61,759 nucleotides of DNA from Octopus bimaculoides (GCF_001194135.2 NC_068996.1:35212911-35274669); one strand, 5' to 3'; positions 1-12,089 are shown, counted from the first letter of the stretch. A program made the numbers and translations. Notes: a model not told the origin generated them from the sequence alone.

Positions 1-55
<55 letters not shown>

Positions 56-977
56 AAAACAATTTTTTCTCCAGTTTTACATCTAAATATACATAATGAT
101 ACATTCATGTCTACCACCTATATTATCTTTCCCCAGTTTCAACATTGTTATGTACAGACACCTCAGCCCACAAACACATACATTCAGAAGTACATCACAC
201 ACACACGGAGTTTACAGTACAAAAACTTCTAAAGTTGTTTCATCATCTCATGAGAGATGTGAGAGAAGGGAGAGACAAATACAGTGGAAAACTGTGGTAA
301 AATACTATAAGAGAGAGAGAGAGAGAGAGAGAGAGAAGGGTGTAGGGTTAGAAAGTATGTTAATCTTATAAGTGATAGGTATAATTTTGTAAGGATACTA
401 ATTGTAAATGGAAGCTGGGAGGGTCTTAGATTTCATGAAGAAACAGTAGAAAAATCTGTTGTTGATTTGAACTAAAGACCTAGAAGTTGATAGTCCACCT
501 TCTCATCCACTAAACCATTTCAGTTCGACAAGTCAAAATATAGAATCCTCTATGTGATAGCTACATCTGCAAGAAAAAACAGTTAAATCTCCCTCAAATA
601 ACATCTGACTGTCTTAATAATGTAAAACAGAACATACTGGGTAATGTACTTCAGACTATACATTGTCTGAATAAAAGACAGGATGGTCATAAATGGAATA
701 TCTTTGTTCATAATTTAACTTGTGGGACAAACTTCAACCAGCCTCTCCCAGCATGGAACGGCAAATGAAAAGTCATTGATGATGATGATGGTCACAATGA
801 TGATGATGATATTGAAATGGTAAGAAAGGTGTATTAAGAAGTGACAATGATGGTTTCATTTGATTCAAGAAATAAAGGTCTATATTTTGAGAATGCAGCA
901 GATGGAATGTTGTAAGGCTGGTGCCTACCTCTTGAAAGATTAAATGGCTGCAACAGACAAATGATAATTTTTTTTTC

Positions 978-1190
978 TTCTTTTACTAGTTTCAGTCATT
1001 AGAGTGCAGCCATGGCAGGGTACTGCCTTGAAGAATTTTAGTTGAACTTATCAAACCCAGTACTTATTTTTTTGTAAAGCCTGGTACTTATTCTATTGGT
1101 CTCTTTTGCTGAACTGCTAGGTTATAGGGATGCAAACACACCAACGCTAGTTGTCAACTGGTAGTGGTGTACAAAACAAATACACAAAGA
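978..1190 (-). mobile_element. Family A SINE half-copies (this one, plus ~2572-2720, 3445-3670, 36935-37145, 39700-39908, 40925-41075)
   Basis: Each matches the 5' or 3' half of 54559-54958. Confidence 0.75.
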
Positions 1191-1218
1191 CATGCATAAG
1201 TAGATAGGTAGGTAGGTA

Positions 1219-1551
1219 TATATCATTATCATTTAATGTCCTTTGTCCATGCTGGCATGGGTTGGATGGTTTGACTGGGCTGGCATGCTGGAAGGCTGCA
1301 CCAGGTTCCAGTCTGATTTGGCATGGTTTTCTACAGCTGGATGCCCTTCCTAATGCCAACTACTCCGAGAGTGTAATGACACCGGTATCTGCCATGATCG
1401 TGATTTTGCTCAGCTTGATGGGTCTTCTTGTCAGGCACAACATAATGCCAAAGGTCTTGGTCATTGCCTCCATGAGGCCCAACGCTCAAGAGAAACTCAG
1501 CCACTTTGCCTCCATGAGGCCCAACACTCAAGAGAAACTCAGCCACTTTGC
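1219..1551 (-). mobile_element. Older RTE 3' end with an internal 42-bp tandem duplication (1464-1551)
   Basis: Same 3'UTR motifs (ctacagctggatgcccttcc). The unit ttgcctccatgaggcccaac(g/a)ctcaagagaaactcagccact occurs twice. Confidence 0.8.
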
Positions 1552-1632
1552 AAGTGCTTGTGCCTCCCAACAGAGAGGGATATATATATATGTTAAATCT
1601 CTGAACGAGGTATTAACAGTAACTGCACGACA

Positions 1633-1707
1633 AGGTGAAGTATATTTGCCACAGTAACATCCACCCTTAGGGGTCAGCCACATTTAAGTGGCAAATATAC
1701 TTCACCT
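1633..1707. repeat. 75-bp element with perfect 20-bp inverted repeats
   Basis: aggtgaagtatatttgccac (1633-1652) and gtggcaaatatacttcacct (1688-1707). Confidence 0.85.
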
Positions 1708-1717
1708 ATATATATAT

Positions 1718-2112
1718 ATCATCATCATCATCATCGTTTAACGTCCGCTTTCCATGCTAGCATAGGTTGGACGACTTGACTGAGGACTGGTGAAACTGGA
1801 TGGCAACACCAGGCTCCAATCTAAATTTGGCAGAGTTTCTACAGCTGGATGCCCTTCCTAACGCCAACCACTCAGAGAGTGTAGTAGGTGCTTTTACGTG
1901 TCACCTGCATGAAGGCCAGTCAGGCGGTACTGGCAACGGCCACGCTCAAAATGGTGCATCTTATGTGCCACCCGCACAAGAGCCAGTCCAGGGGCACTGG
2001 CAACGATCTTACTTGGCTTGCCGGGTCTTCTCATGCACAGCACATTTCCAAAGGTGTCGGTCAGTAGTCATCGCCTCGGTGAGGCCCAATGTACGAAGGT
2101 CTTGCCTCACCA
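1718..2112 (-). mobile_element. RTE LINE 3' end, same family as 39941-40550
   Basis: Minus strand encodes VRQDLRTLGLTEAMTTDRHLWKCAVHEKTRQAK*, followed by the same 3'UTR and (GAT)n tail. Confidence 0.88.
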
Positions 2113-3075
2113 TGGGTGACTTACTAAATCCATAGATGTTACTAGAGTTGACAGAGTACTAAGTGGTACCAACATTGCTAGAAATAAGAGTCAAACCGAC
2201 TCGCTAATCACAATACCACTATCTTAATGACTGACAAGTGAGCTAAACTCACTTTCCAGACATAGCCAGATCACCAGGAATTTCAAATTTTTGATAGAGC
2301 ATCTCAATTCTCATCGGCAGCTCTTACTGCACCTAGGGTTAAATTCAACTCACCAAGAAAATCATTGAACTCATATGCTGGTTTCAAAAATGGTAAAAGT
2401 GAAAACTATAAATAATATAGGTGGCTTATTAGAAATTTAACAAGGCAAATTTATAGACATCACTAAAGTGACCAAGGGGTACTAATTGGTACCAGCATTG
2501 CTAGAAATAAGAGTCAAACCAACTCACTAGCCACAAGAACACTATCTTAATGACTGACAAGGGAGATAAGCACACACACACACAACAGGCTTCATCCAAT
2601 TTTTTTCTTCTACCAAATCCATTCATAAGGCTTTGGTCAGTTTGACACTACAGAAGACAGTTTCCCAAGGTGCCACACAATGAGACTAAACCCAGAACTA
2701 TGTGTTTGGGAAGCAAGCTTCTTTCTGCTTGATAGGTTTCTTCTTAACCCTTTAGCAATTGAACTGACCATATCCAACCCAAATATTCTATCTGTTTTAC
2801 GTTCAAAACAGCCTGATCCAGCCTTTCATACAGAGTTAGGCTGTATGCTGATGGGTAAAAACTTATGCACAAAACCAGTTGCAATTACTAGTGAATAAGC
2901 AGAAAGTGCATAATCTTGATTTACCAAGGAAAATGACAATGTTAAATGCACTCTAAATATTCAATAAAGTGGTTGGCATTAGGTAGGGCATTGAGCCAAA
3001 GAACCAAGCTAAAAATGGAGTGTATGAGCTTCAGGGTATAGAGAGTGGATGTAAAGATGATGTTGAGGATTATGT

Positions 3076-3191
<116 letters not shown>

Positions 3192-3694
3192 ATATGTACA
3201 TTATATAACCATGAGTATTTTTTTATACTTTCACTGGTTTTAATTGATAATATTAATCCAAGTATTTATGTCAGTGTCCTACTTATCTAATCAATATCGA
3301 ATTCTCACATTGCTAGGTTATAAGATATAAAGGGAGATAAATAATACCACTGTTGTAAACACAGACACACAAATTATACATATATAATTTTTGTCACACA
3401 CCCCATTTCTGTATTTACTTGTGTGTGTGTGTGTGTGTGTTTTATTCTTTTACTTGTTCCAGTCATTTGACTGTAACCATGCTGAAGCACTGCCTTAAAG
3501 GGTTATAGTCAAAGAAATTGACCTCACGACTAGTTCTTTGTAAGCCTAGTACTTATTCTACTGATCTTTTTTGTCAAACTGCTAAGTTACAGGGATGTAA
3601 ACACACCAGCATTGGTTGTCAAATGATGGTGGGGAGACAAACAGACACAAAGACACACACACAAATATATATATACATACATACACATATATGC

Positions 3695-4205
3695 CTCACA
3701 GAGGCAATGATTAGTGACCGAAACCTTTGGTGATGTACTGTGCTTGAGAGGACCCGTCAAGTGAAATCATAGTCATAGAAACTGGCACCTGTGCTGGTGG
3801 AACGTAAAGAACACCTTTCAGGTGATGGACTTCATGGAGGCAAAGTGACTGAGTTCCTTTCGAGCATTGGGCCTCATAGAGGTAATGATTCAGGCCTCTG
3901 GCATTATGTTGTGCTTGAGAAGACCCAAAACAAAATCGCAGCCATGACAAATACTGGCGTCATGCAAAAGGCACCTGTGCCAGTGGCACATAAAAGCACC
4001 TCAGTGTCACGCAAATGGCACCCATGCTGGTGGCACATAATAGCACCCATTACACTCTCGGAGTGGTTAGCCTTAAGAAGGGCATCCAGCCATAGAAAGC
4101 TATGCCAAATCAGACCGGAGTCTGGTGCAGCCTTCTAGCATGCCAGCCCAGTTAAACTGTCCAAACCATGCCAGCATGGACAATGGACATTAAATGATGA
4201 TGATG
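3695..4205 (+). mobile_element. Older RTE 3' end / 3'UTR
   Basis: Contains gaggcaatgattagtgaccgaaacctttgg and aagggcatccagccatagaa, and ends in a tgatgatgatg tail. Confidence 0.8.
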
Positions 4206-4947
4206 GATATGTGTGGGGGCGGGGTGGAGAGGGGAGTAAAATGTTAAATTGAATTAAAATCTGATTCTCTACTCAACTACTAAGGACAACAACTCTGACA
4301 GCTTCTGATACAAGAAAAAATGGCATTCGTCCACTCCAGTAATACAAGCAACACCAACAACAATGATTTCTTTGACGTGACATCATCACAAAGAGCATCA
4401 CATTGCAATAGCGATAGCAACAACATCAACTTCTGACATGAGTATATAAGGCCTCAGAGCATTACTATTACTTAACCATTTGCCTGTCCAAAGCATTTTC
4501 CTAAGTTTGTCCCAAATGTCCTTGCTTGTTTTCAGACTTTTAGTTAGCCCTTATTTCATATGATCTGAGTGATATAATAATATTTTCCTTTCATATGTCT
4601 CAAGTTACTCTGGTGGATGGAAAAAAACTGGGAATGTGTATCATATATGATGCATGTATACCAGGAAATATGTCTCATGTATCGCATGTGATACACAGGA
4701 CAAGAAAAGGGTTCATTTTACCAACCCTACAGAAGGATAAAAGTCAAAGTTGACTCCTGCAAGATTGGGACACACATGCACACGCACACACACACAGTAT
4801 TTTTCCAACATTCTAAAAATTCTACAAATAATTTTTCTTTCTATTTCCATCCTTTTACAATAAACCTCTTCCTTTCCATCATGGGATGTTTTTTTGCTCT
4901 ATAAGTCACAAGGTGTCCCCTCCCCACCTCCCAACTTAGTATAGGTG

Positions 4948-5111
4948 TAGGCATGGCTGAGTGATAAGAAGCTTGCTTCCCACATGGTTTGGGTTCAGTT
5001 CCACTGCATGACACCTTGGGAAAGTGTCCTCTACTGTAGCATCCAGCTGATCAAAGCCTTGTGAGAGAATTTGGTCGATGGAAACTGGAATAAGCTCATT
5101 GTGTGTGCGTG

Positions 5112-5146
<35 letters not shown>

Positions 5147-5362
5147 GTGTATGTTTTTGTCCCCCACTACTGCTTTACAACTGGTGTTCGTGTGCTCATG
5201 TCCCTGTAACTTAGCAGTTTGGCAAAAGAGAACTGAGAGAATAAGTACCAGGCTTTACAAAACAAAAAAGTACTGGAGTCAACTTTGTTCAACTAAAAAC
5301 TCTTGAAGATGGTGCCCCAGGTTGGCCACAGTCTGATGATGAAACAAGTAAAAATAAAAGAT
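4948..5362 (+). mobile_element. Family A tRNA-derived bipartite SINE, full length
   Basis: A/B-box head (tggctgagtgataag...gggttcagttcc), central (TA/CA)n tract, 3' half ending gaaacaagtaaaaataaaaga. Confidence 0.85.
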
Positions 5363-5769
5363 ATACTGCTATAAAATGAATAGTGTTGGGAAGGTCATCT
5401 ACAGATAGAAACCATATAAAAAATGCAACATTGGAGAAAATATAGTCCTCTAACCTGTTGGATTGTCCTACCTAAGCCAGTATGGAAAGCAAATGTAAAA
5501 TGATGATGATGATTACATGAAACCACACATTTTAAACAAAGTGATGGTGGTAGTGGCTGGTCTGATTCAACCTCAATACATTAGAGGTGTGTATTTTATC
5601 CATTTGAAATAAAATAAGTACTTAGGAGGAATGAAAAAACAAAAAGGTTAACTTGACCTTAGCTGGATTTGAACTCAGAAGATACAAATGTGTGGCCACT
5701 ACTATAACATCAACGCTACTACAAGTACTAATACAATTGCAACTGTTACTACCACTACCACCCCTACTA

Positions 5770-5975
5770 CTACCATGCTGGTGCCATATAAAAAAAACAC
5801 CCAGTACATTTTGCAAAGTGCTTGGCACCAGGAAGGGTGTCCAGCCATAGAAAACATCCCAAAACAGACAATTGGAGCCTAGGCAGATCTCTGGCTGGCC
5901 AGTTGCTATCAAACTGTCCAATTCATGCCAGCATAGAAAAAGGAAATTAAATCATGATAAAAATGATGATGATGA
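5770..5975 (+). mobile_element. RTE 3'UTR fragment
   Basis: Shared terminal block ggaagggtgtccagccatagaa...atgccagcatagaaaa followed by (GAT)n. Confidence 0.7.
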
Positions 5976-7404
5976 TCTCGGCTCCTCTACTATTTCACCA
6001 CCAGTAGTGAAATGTTTTATTGCCACAAAACATCCACCCCTACACTACACATATAAATAGACCAAACTATTGATTTAATAGATGCTTCCATCCACCCTAC
6101 TCTACCAGAATTGAAAATTGGTTGACCCAGAAGAAGCATGAAAGGTGAAATCAAATTTGGGGGTGACACATCGAGGTAAGAGAATATGACAGGAACAAGT
6201 GGAGGTGGGGTCTATGACATGCACATACTATGAAATAAAGTGAAAGCTAAGGGTACACACAAAATATATCAAATATGGCACTATTCTTGGAGTAGGAACA
6301 TCACCCTGGAACCAATCATAGAACCTGTAGAGCCAGAATTGATCTGACTACGATAAGTAAGTGCCCTCACTTCAGGTGTCATTTTCCAGCCCATAGGTAC
6401 ACATTAAAAGTAGGCCTGCTCATTTGGGTCATGCTGGTAAACCTCACTTACCTTTCAATAAATGTTCTGAGGATGGAGAGTATGTCCACCTTTTCCTAAT
6501 GAAACTGAAAAAGTCAATAAGGACTTGATCAGTAAGGGAAAGGTCTACCCTCATCTCTTTCAGATGCAACTATCACTTAACTTTTTCCATAATAACTACT
6601 AGTCAGGAAAACTAATCACCTTTCCTAATCAAAATATTTAAAAAAATCTGAGTGAGATGACCTTTATGAAGGACTCAGTCAATAGCCAGCTTTATCCTAC
6701 ATGTGACGACAGCAGTTCACTAAAACTCTGCAAGTCAGAAATGGCTTGACAGTGAATGAATACATACAGTTTCAATGCTTGCATGCAGTTATTTCACACC
6801 CAACTGATGGCACTTCTATGGTTGTAGAGTTTATCTCAAACTAGTAATATCTCTCCTCCCTAGCAGCATTGCTAGGACAAGGATTTTAGGAAATTGTGCT
6901 TAGTTCCTTGGTCAACAGACTTATTAATTCTTGTGATTCTGTCTGGGAACGGACCAGTTAATTCTTGTAAATTCTTAATTTCTTTAACATTGTTGTTCTC
7001 CACCACTGGTCCTGTTTGGAATGCCAATGTGGATGTTCCATTGGGTGCATTACCTGACAGCAAGAAGGCTGAATTTCATGTTCTTGAAATTAAAATAAAC
7101 AAAAACAGTAAAAACTGTACCAATAATAATAGGAGCATATAACCAAACAAAAAATATATGACTGAAAACATAAAAACCGTATCAAGTGTCCTGATATTAT
7201 TTACAGTCACAACAATTTTGCTAGACACAGACCACATCCTACACACACTAGAGAAAGTCCTACAACATGGGGACCATATCATACATACACAAGATTGTCC
7301 TACTGGACACAGACCCTATTCTACACAAGATACCTTTAATTTGATAATATAACTTAAAATAATTCACTTTCTCTACACAACACCTCCCTTTAAATATCTT
7401 TTAC

Positions 7405-7836
7405 TCGTTTTAGTTATTAGATTGCAGCCATGCTGGGGCACAGCCTTGGAGAATGTGTAGTCAAATGAATCAATCCCAGTTCTTATTTAATGTATTTTTT
7501 AAAGCTGGGTACTTATTCTATCAGTTTCTTTTGCTGAACTGCTAAGTTATGGGGACATAAACACACCAACACCGGTTGTCAAGTGGTGGTGGGGAACAAA
7601 CATACACACACACACACAAATACACACACACGCACAAATACACACACACACACACACACAAACACACACGCACATATATATATATGACAGGCTTCTTTCA
7701 GGTTCTGTCTACCAAATCCACTCACAAGATTTTGGTTGGTTTGTGGCTACAGAAGACATTTACACAAACTACCATGCAGTGGGACTGAACCCAGAACCAT
7801 GTGGTTGGAAAGCAAGCTTCTTACCACACAACCACA
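7405..7836 (-). mobile_element. Family A SINE, near full length
   Basis: Collinear with 54559-54958. Confidence 0.85.
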
Positions 7837-8794
7837 TCAAGATATGCTTTCACATAATGAATAACAAACTATAACACCAACAATTCACTTACTCTGCACA
7901 AACACTACTCATTAATATAACACAACCCATACTAGAACATTCTCTACACAACACTAAAATAACACTAAAACAAAACAACAAAACAAAAGCTAATGTAGCT
8001 ATACAACCCTAACCCAACATTCCCAAAAGACACTGCTGTACATAGAAACACAGAGGTGCACCAGACGGTGCAGTGGTAACCTGCATAAAACTGTTCAAGA
8101 GATGAGGATGATCATGTGGAAGTGCTGCTAATGATAATAATAATGATGATGATGATGATGGCAAAAATACACCTGGTGAAAAGCTGCTTATAAAGATTAC
8201 TATTTATGAGTTGTGACAGATATAAGTAACTGGCCCCAGGATGGCAGAGAGAGAGACACAGAGAGAGACAGACGGACAGACAGACAGAGAAAGAGATAGT
8301 ATACATAAACCTATGCATGTATATTAGTGGGTATATGTGAGACAAATTACCTTGCATAGTTTAAAATGGTAAGTTCCAAACAACTGGTAGCAGTTCCCGA
8401 AAGTAGTTCCTTAGTTCCTTTTGATGCGGCATGTGCTTAATGGAATTTTAAAAGTGGGGAAAGGCAAACCTTTCAACCAGCAAAGAAGGGCAGTGTTTGT
8501 GCTGGAAGACATAATGTCCGGTGGCACCAGCATCTTGAATTTGCTGTTTGTTTTTGTGTAGTTTTGTGGGGGAGGTTCTTTTTTCTTTTATTCTCTTTTT
8601 TTTTTTTAACTTGTTTTCTACCAACAGAACAGTGAAACCTAGAAGAATGTTACACAGGGAATGTTTCCTCGTAGACTTAAGAGAAGGGAAGAAATACCTT
8701 TGTTGGCTCTCTAGACCCAAGCTACCTCTAAGACAAAAACAAATTATAAAGAAAAGGAAATAAAAGATAAGAAAAACAAATGTAGACTTTAGAT

Positions 8795-8830
<36 letters not shown>

Positions 8831-9769
8831 TCTCTCACACACTTAAAAATAGGGGTTCCCTGGGACAATCTTTTTATGATATAAATAGTTTCTGCTGCTG
8901 TTTAGGGGTGATAGAGAAAGAGAGACAGAGACAGTCAGACAGAGAAAGGGTAGAGAAAAAGAAAAGGGTTTTTTTTTCTTTCAGCTAAGGAGTAATAAAG
9001 GACAAAATACCAAAGTTAGGGGCATGTAGGGAGCAGGAGGTAGGGTAGTTGGGACTGAAAAATAGAAAGATAAATAAACACCAAGGAGAAAGAGAGAGTA
9101 AAGGAATATATTTTAGAAATAACACGCGCGCGCGCGCACACACACACACACAGAAAGACCGACTTATAATTTGGGTGGGAGAGAGAAACAAATGTAGTAT
9201 AAATATAAATACACACACGTATGTGTGTGTGTGCATGCACGTGGTGTGTGTGTGCACAACCAGATATACATTCTATTCAGGTAGAAAGTCAAACAGCTAG
9301 ACAGACAGGAAGGTAACCATATGGATAAATAGACAGATAAGTAGACATGTACACACACACATACATGCATGCATACATCACATATATACACACAATACAC
9401 ACATACAAGAGAGACAGACAGAGATAAAGATGATAGAGAGTTAAATTAAACAAAAATTTCTAATTACTACACCTGCAGACAGTTCTTGCTAGAAAAGAAC
9501 TTGCATTAAAAGACATCTTATATATAGCTGCAAGTGTCAAGCAGATGGGGAAATCTAGTAACAAGAGAAGATGCAAGGGTATCTCAGAATGTGTCTGTAG
9601 ATATGTATATCTGTGTCTGCTTAAGTATACTAAGCATACAGTGAATAAAGGAGTCAATACTAGTTAGAGTCAAAATACTATTTATTATGAATGGTGACTA
9701 AGTGATTCAAAGCTCCAGCAGTACTAGTTTTTTTCTTTTTCATTTTTTTTTTATTTGAGACCAATATCA

Positions 9770-11100
9770 GTGAAGTTTCAAGTCACTATTAATTCAACAT
9801 TGGTAGCTTCAAATTCAAAATCCCTCCTCCTGAAGACCCAAGACTTTGGTAACACAGTTCATTAGAATTAGTGACTTCAATATCAGAATCATTATAAATA
9901 CTAGAGTGTCAGTTCTGTTTCATGATGATTTCTACTGGATAAAAAAAAACAGAAAGGAAAGTGGCCTACTGTTCAACATATCCATGACAAGCCACAATAG
10001 AGATGAGATTAATTAAATCAAGTTATTTATTCTGGACACATTAAGAAGAAAAAAAACATCCACACTCCACATTTAAGCTCTGGACAAAAATGATGGTCTA
10101 ACAATCTCAAGTCATATGAATGGTTACACTATATGTTTAGGAAGAATTTTTAGAAATCTTCAAAGAATTTGACCTCACACCAACTACCAATTTAAAGGCC
10201 AACTTGTTAACACTGGACCCCAAGACAGGCAAGTATTAATCCCCACAGAAATCTCAATGAGAAAACTGTTTATATACATAGACAGTTCAACCTTTGCTCC
10301 TCCCAGCTACAATTAGAAACCTAGTCACAGGAACCAGCAGAAGAATCTATAATCTATCAGCAGACAGTAAGACAGTTCAGCAGGGTCACACCCTTCTATA
10401 ACAAGGCACTAATCAGGAACAGCTTTACCATAAGTTAGTATATATAGAGAGAGAGTCTGTCACTTCCACACATGAAGAGAGTTATAAAGAGGAAAGTAAT
10501 GTGGTTTAATCCTCTGTGCAATCTAAATGTTTCCCTTATTGTACTAAAAGCTTCCTGACACCAATTAAATTTCTTGATATCATAAACTCTTTAATTCACA
10601 TAATGTTATAGTTAGCTACTCACATTTAATATCACTGCCAGCATTGCATGCTTCTACAACAGAGACAAATACACACAATCTTCACCTTACATTGTAACCT
10701 ACAGCTGTCAAAATCCTAACTAACCACTGGGAAGATCTCAGAAGCTAGGAATTATAAAGCCAACCTCACACCATCTTATGTACAAACAGTACATCAGATG
10801 GTGTGAGGTACCAGACAGTACCCAAGGAAAGATACATGCAAAACATGCACTTCTTCATGTATAAGGTGTGGAAAACTCCATCTCCCTGTTTTACTTCATC
10901 TGGAGACTCTAGGAGTTTTAAATTGATTACCTCAACATCATCTGGAGTATATATCACAGAGACCCTCCTTATCAGGAGCCCATAATTGCCAAATCTTCTT
11001 CCATGAGAACTGGTACATACTCTATCAGCCTGCAATATCCATCAATAGGAAAACTGACCTATCTTATTTTTTGTCACCAGAGGTACACCATGTTAATGGT
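9770..11100 (+). mobile_element. Decayed Penelope-like retroelement (RT core to GIY-YIG endonuclease)
   Basis: Frameshifted translation gives collinear PLE-like segments: DFNIRIIINTRVSVLFHDDFYWIKK, LFNISMTSHNRDEI (cf. FDVTMGSYDGAE), NDGL (cf. YRDDGL), TIRNLVTGTSRRIYNLS, YNKAL, MWFNP, FNSHNVIVSYS, KERY, ENSISLFYFIWRL, IIWSIYHRDPPY, CQIFFHENWYILY. Confidence 0.85.
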
Positions 11101-11706
11101 CTTCGAGTCATTTGCAACTGATAACCTGAGCCTTGTTGGCCTATACATATATAGCATCTAAGCTATAATTTCTGCTGCCCATAGAGATTACAGCTTACCA
11201 TAATTCCTGTCAGTCACACATTGACAACATTAAATCATTTACTTCCCTTAAATGATAACTGTTCTCGGTGAAATATTACACACCACAGAATCACAACTAA
11301 CTTATGTTAACTTGTCAACTCCATCATGTAAAGTAGCCAATGTAAAGAATTGATGTTGTTGGAATATCACATCCTGCAGAATGCTGACAAAGTGATACCA
11401 GTATCCCTGTCTACAACATTATGTGGACCTACCAATGAAATAACTAAATGTTTTTATAATAACAAAAACACTCATATAACATGAACTGAGCAATGAAGCC
11501 ATTTTAAATTTCTTTTAAAGATTCTCCACTCTGTTGCTAAACAACTGATGATGTGAATGTGTCATCTGCCTACAAAACGTTAAGCTGAGTTAAACTGTTA
11601 TCAAATTACACATGCACACAATGGTACTATGCAAAAGACTATAAGACTGAGTGCATTGCGAATCTGTGTGAGGTGACAAACACACAAAAAGTAATGAGTG
11701 TCTTTT

Positions 11707-11737
<31 letters not shown>

Positions 11738-11793
11738 AAGGAAAATAGGACAAGGCAGAAAATGCTAAAATAATTTTATCATAAAGAACATTA

Positions 11794-11835
11794 TTTTCGT
11801 ACCGGTTTCAGTCTTTGTGACTTTCTCAACTTAGA
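11794..11835 (-). ncRNA. Minimal type I hammerhead ribozyme motif, U3-A8 core variant (left arm of the foldback)
   Basis: Minus strand reads CUAAG UUGAGAA AGUC ACAAA GACU GAAA CCGG UA CGAAAA. Helix II is AGUC/GACU, GAAA is intact, helix III is the palindromic ACCGGU, and the cleavage triplet is GUA. Helix I is partly mismatched. Confidence 0.55.
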
Positions 11836-11927
11836 GTAAAGCATAAAAAACAATTAAATTGTGGAAAAATATTTTTAAAAACATTTCATTTAATTTTTCC
11901 ATTATTTAATTGTTTTTCATGCTTTAC

Positions 11928-11969
11928 TTTAAGTTGAAAAAGTCGCAAAGACTAAAACCAGTACTAAAA
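11928..11969 (+). ncRNA. Degenerate hammerhead motif (right arm of the foldback)
   Basis: Reads UUUAAG UUGAAAA AGUC GCAAA GACU AAAA CCAG UA CUAAAA. Helix I pairs at 5/6 positions and helix II is intact, but G12 is A and CCGG has become CCAG, so this copy is probably inactive. Confidence 0.4.
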
Positions 11970-12053
11970 TGCACTTCATGATAAATTTTAGCATTTTCTA
12001 CCTTGTCCTATTTTCCTTGTACATATCAACTCATGTACTACTTTTCAACCTTC

Positions 12054-12089
<36 letters not shown>

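Larger units (their letters stand above)
11738..12018. repeat. 281-bp foldback (long imperfect palindrome)
   Basis: The left arm (~11738-11870, aaggaaaataggacaaggcagaaaatgctaaaa...) is the reverse complement of the right arm (~11892-12018, ...ttttagcattttctaccttgtcctattttcctt), with a spacer of about 20 nt. Confidence 0.92.

Noticed and set aside
6060-7070. Possible decayed Gypsy/DIRS RT on the minus strand, and ORF 6872-7063
   Set aside because: Only vague similarity (YF*CVPMGWKMTPEV), with no YxDD or collinear motifs.
11545-11590. CTGATGA...cctac(a)aaacgtt as a further hammerhead downstream of Penelope; the opposite strand also reads L*ADDT like an RT motif
   Set aside because: GAAA is absent (AAAA), helix II is weak, helix I does not pair, and there is no supporting RT context for the ADDT reading. 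Left unresolved.
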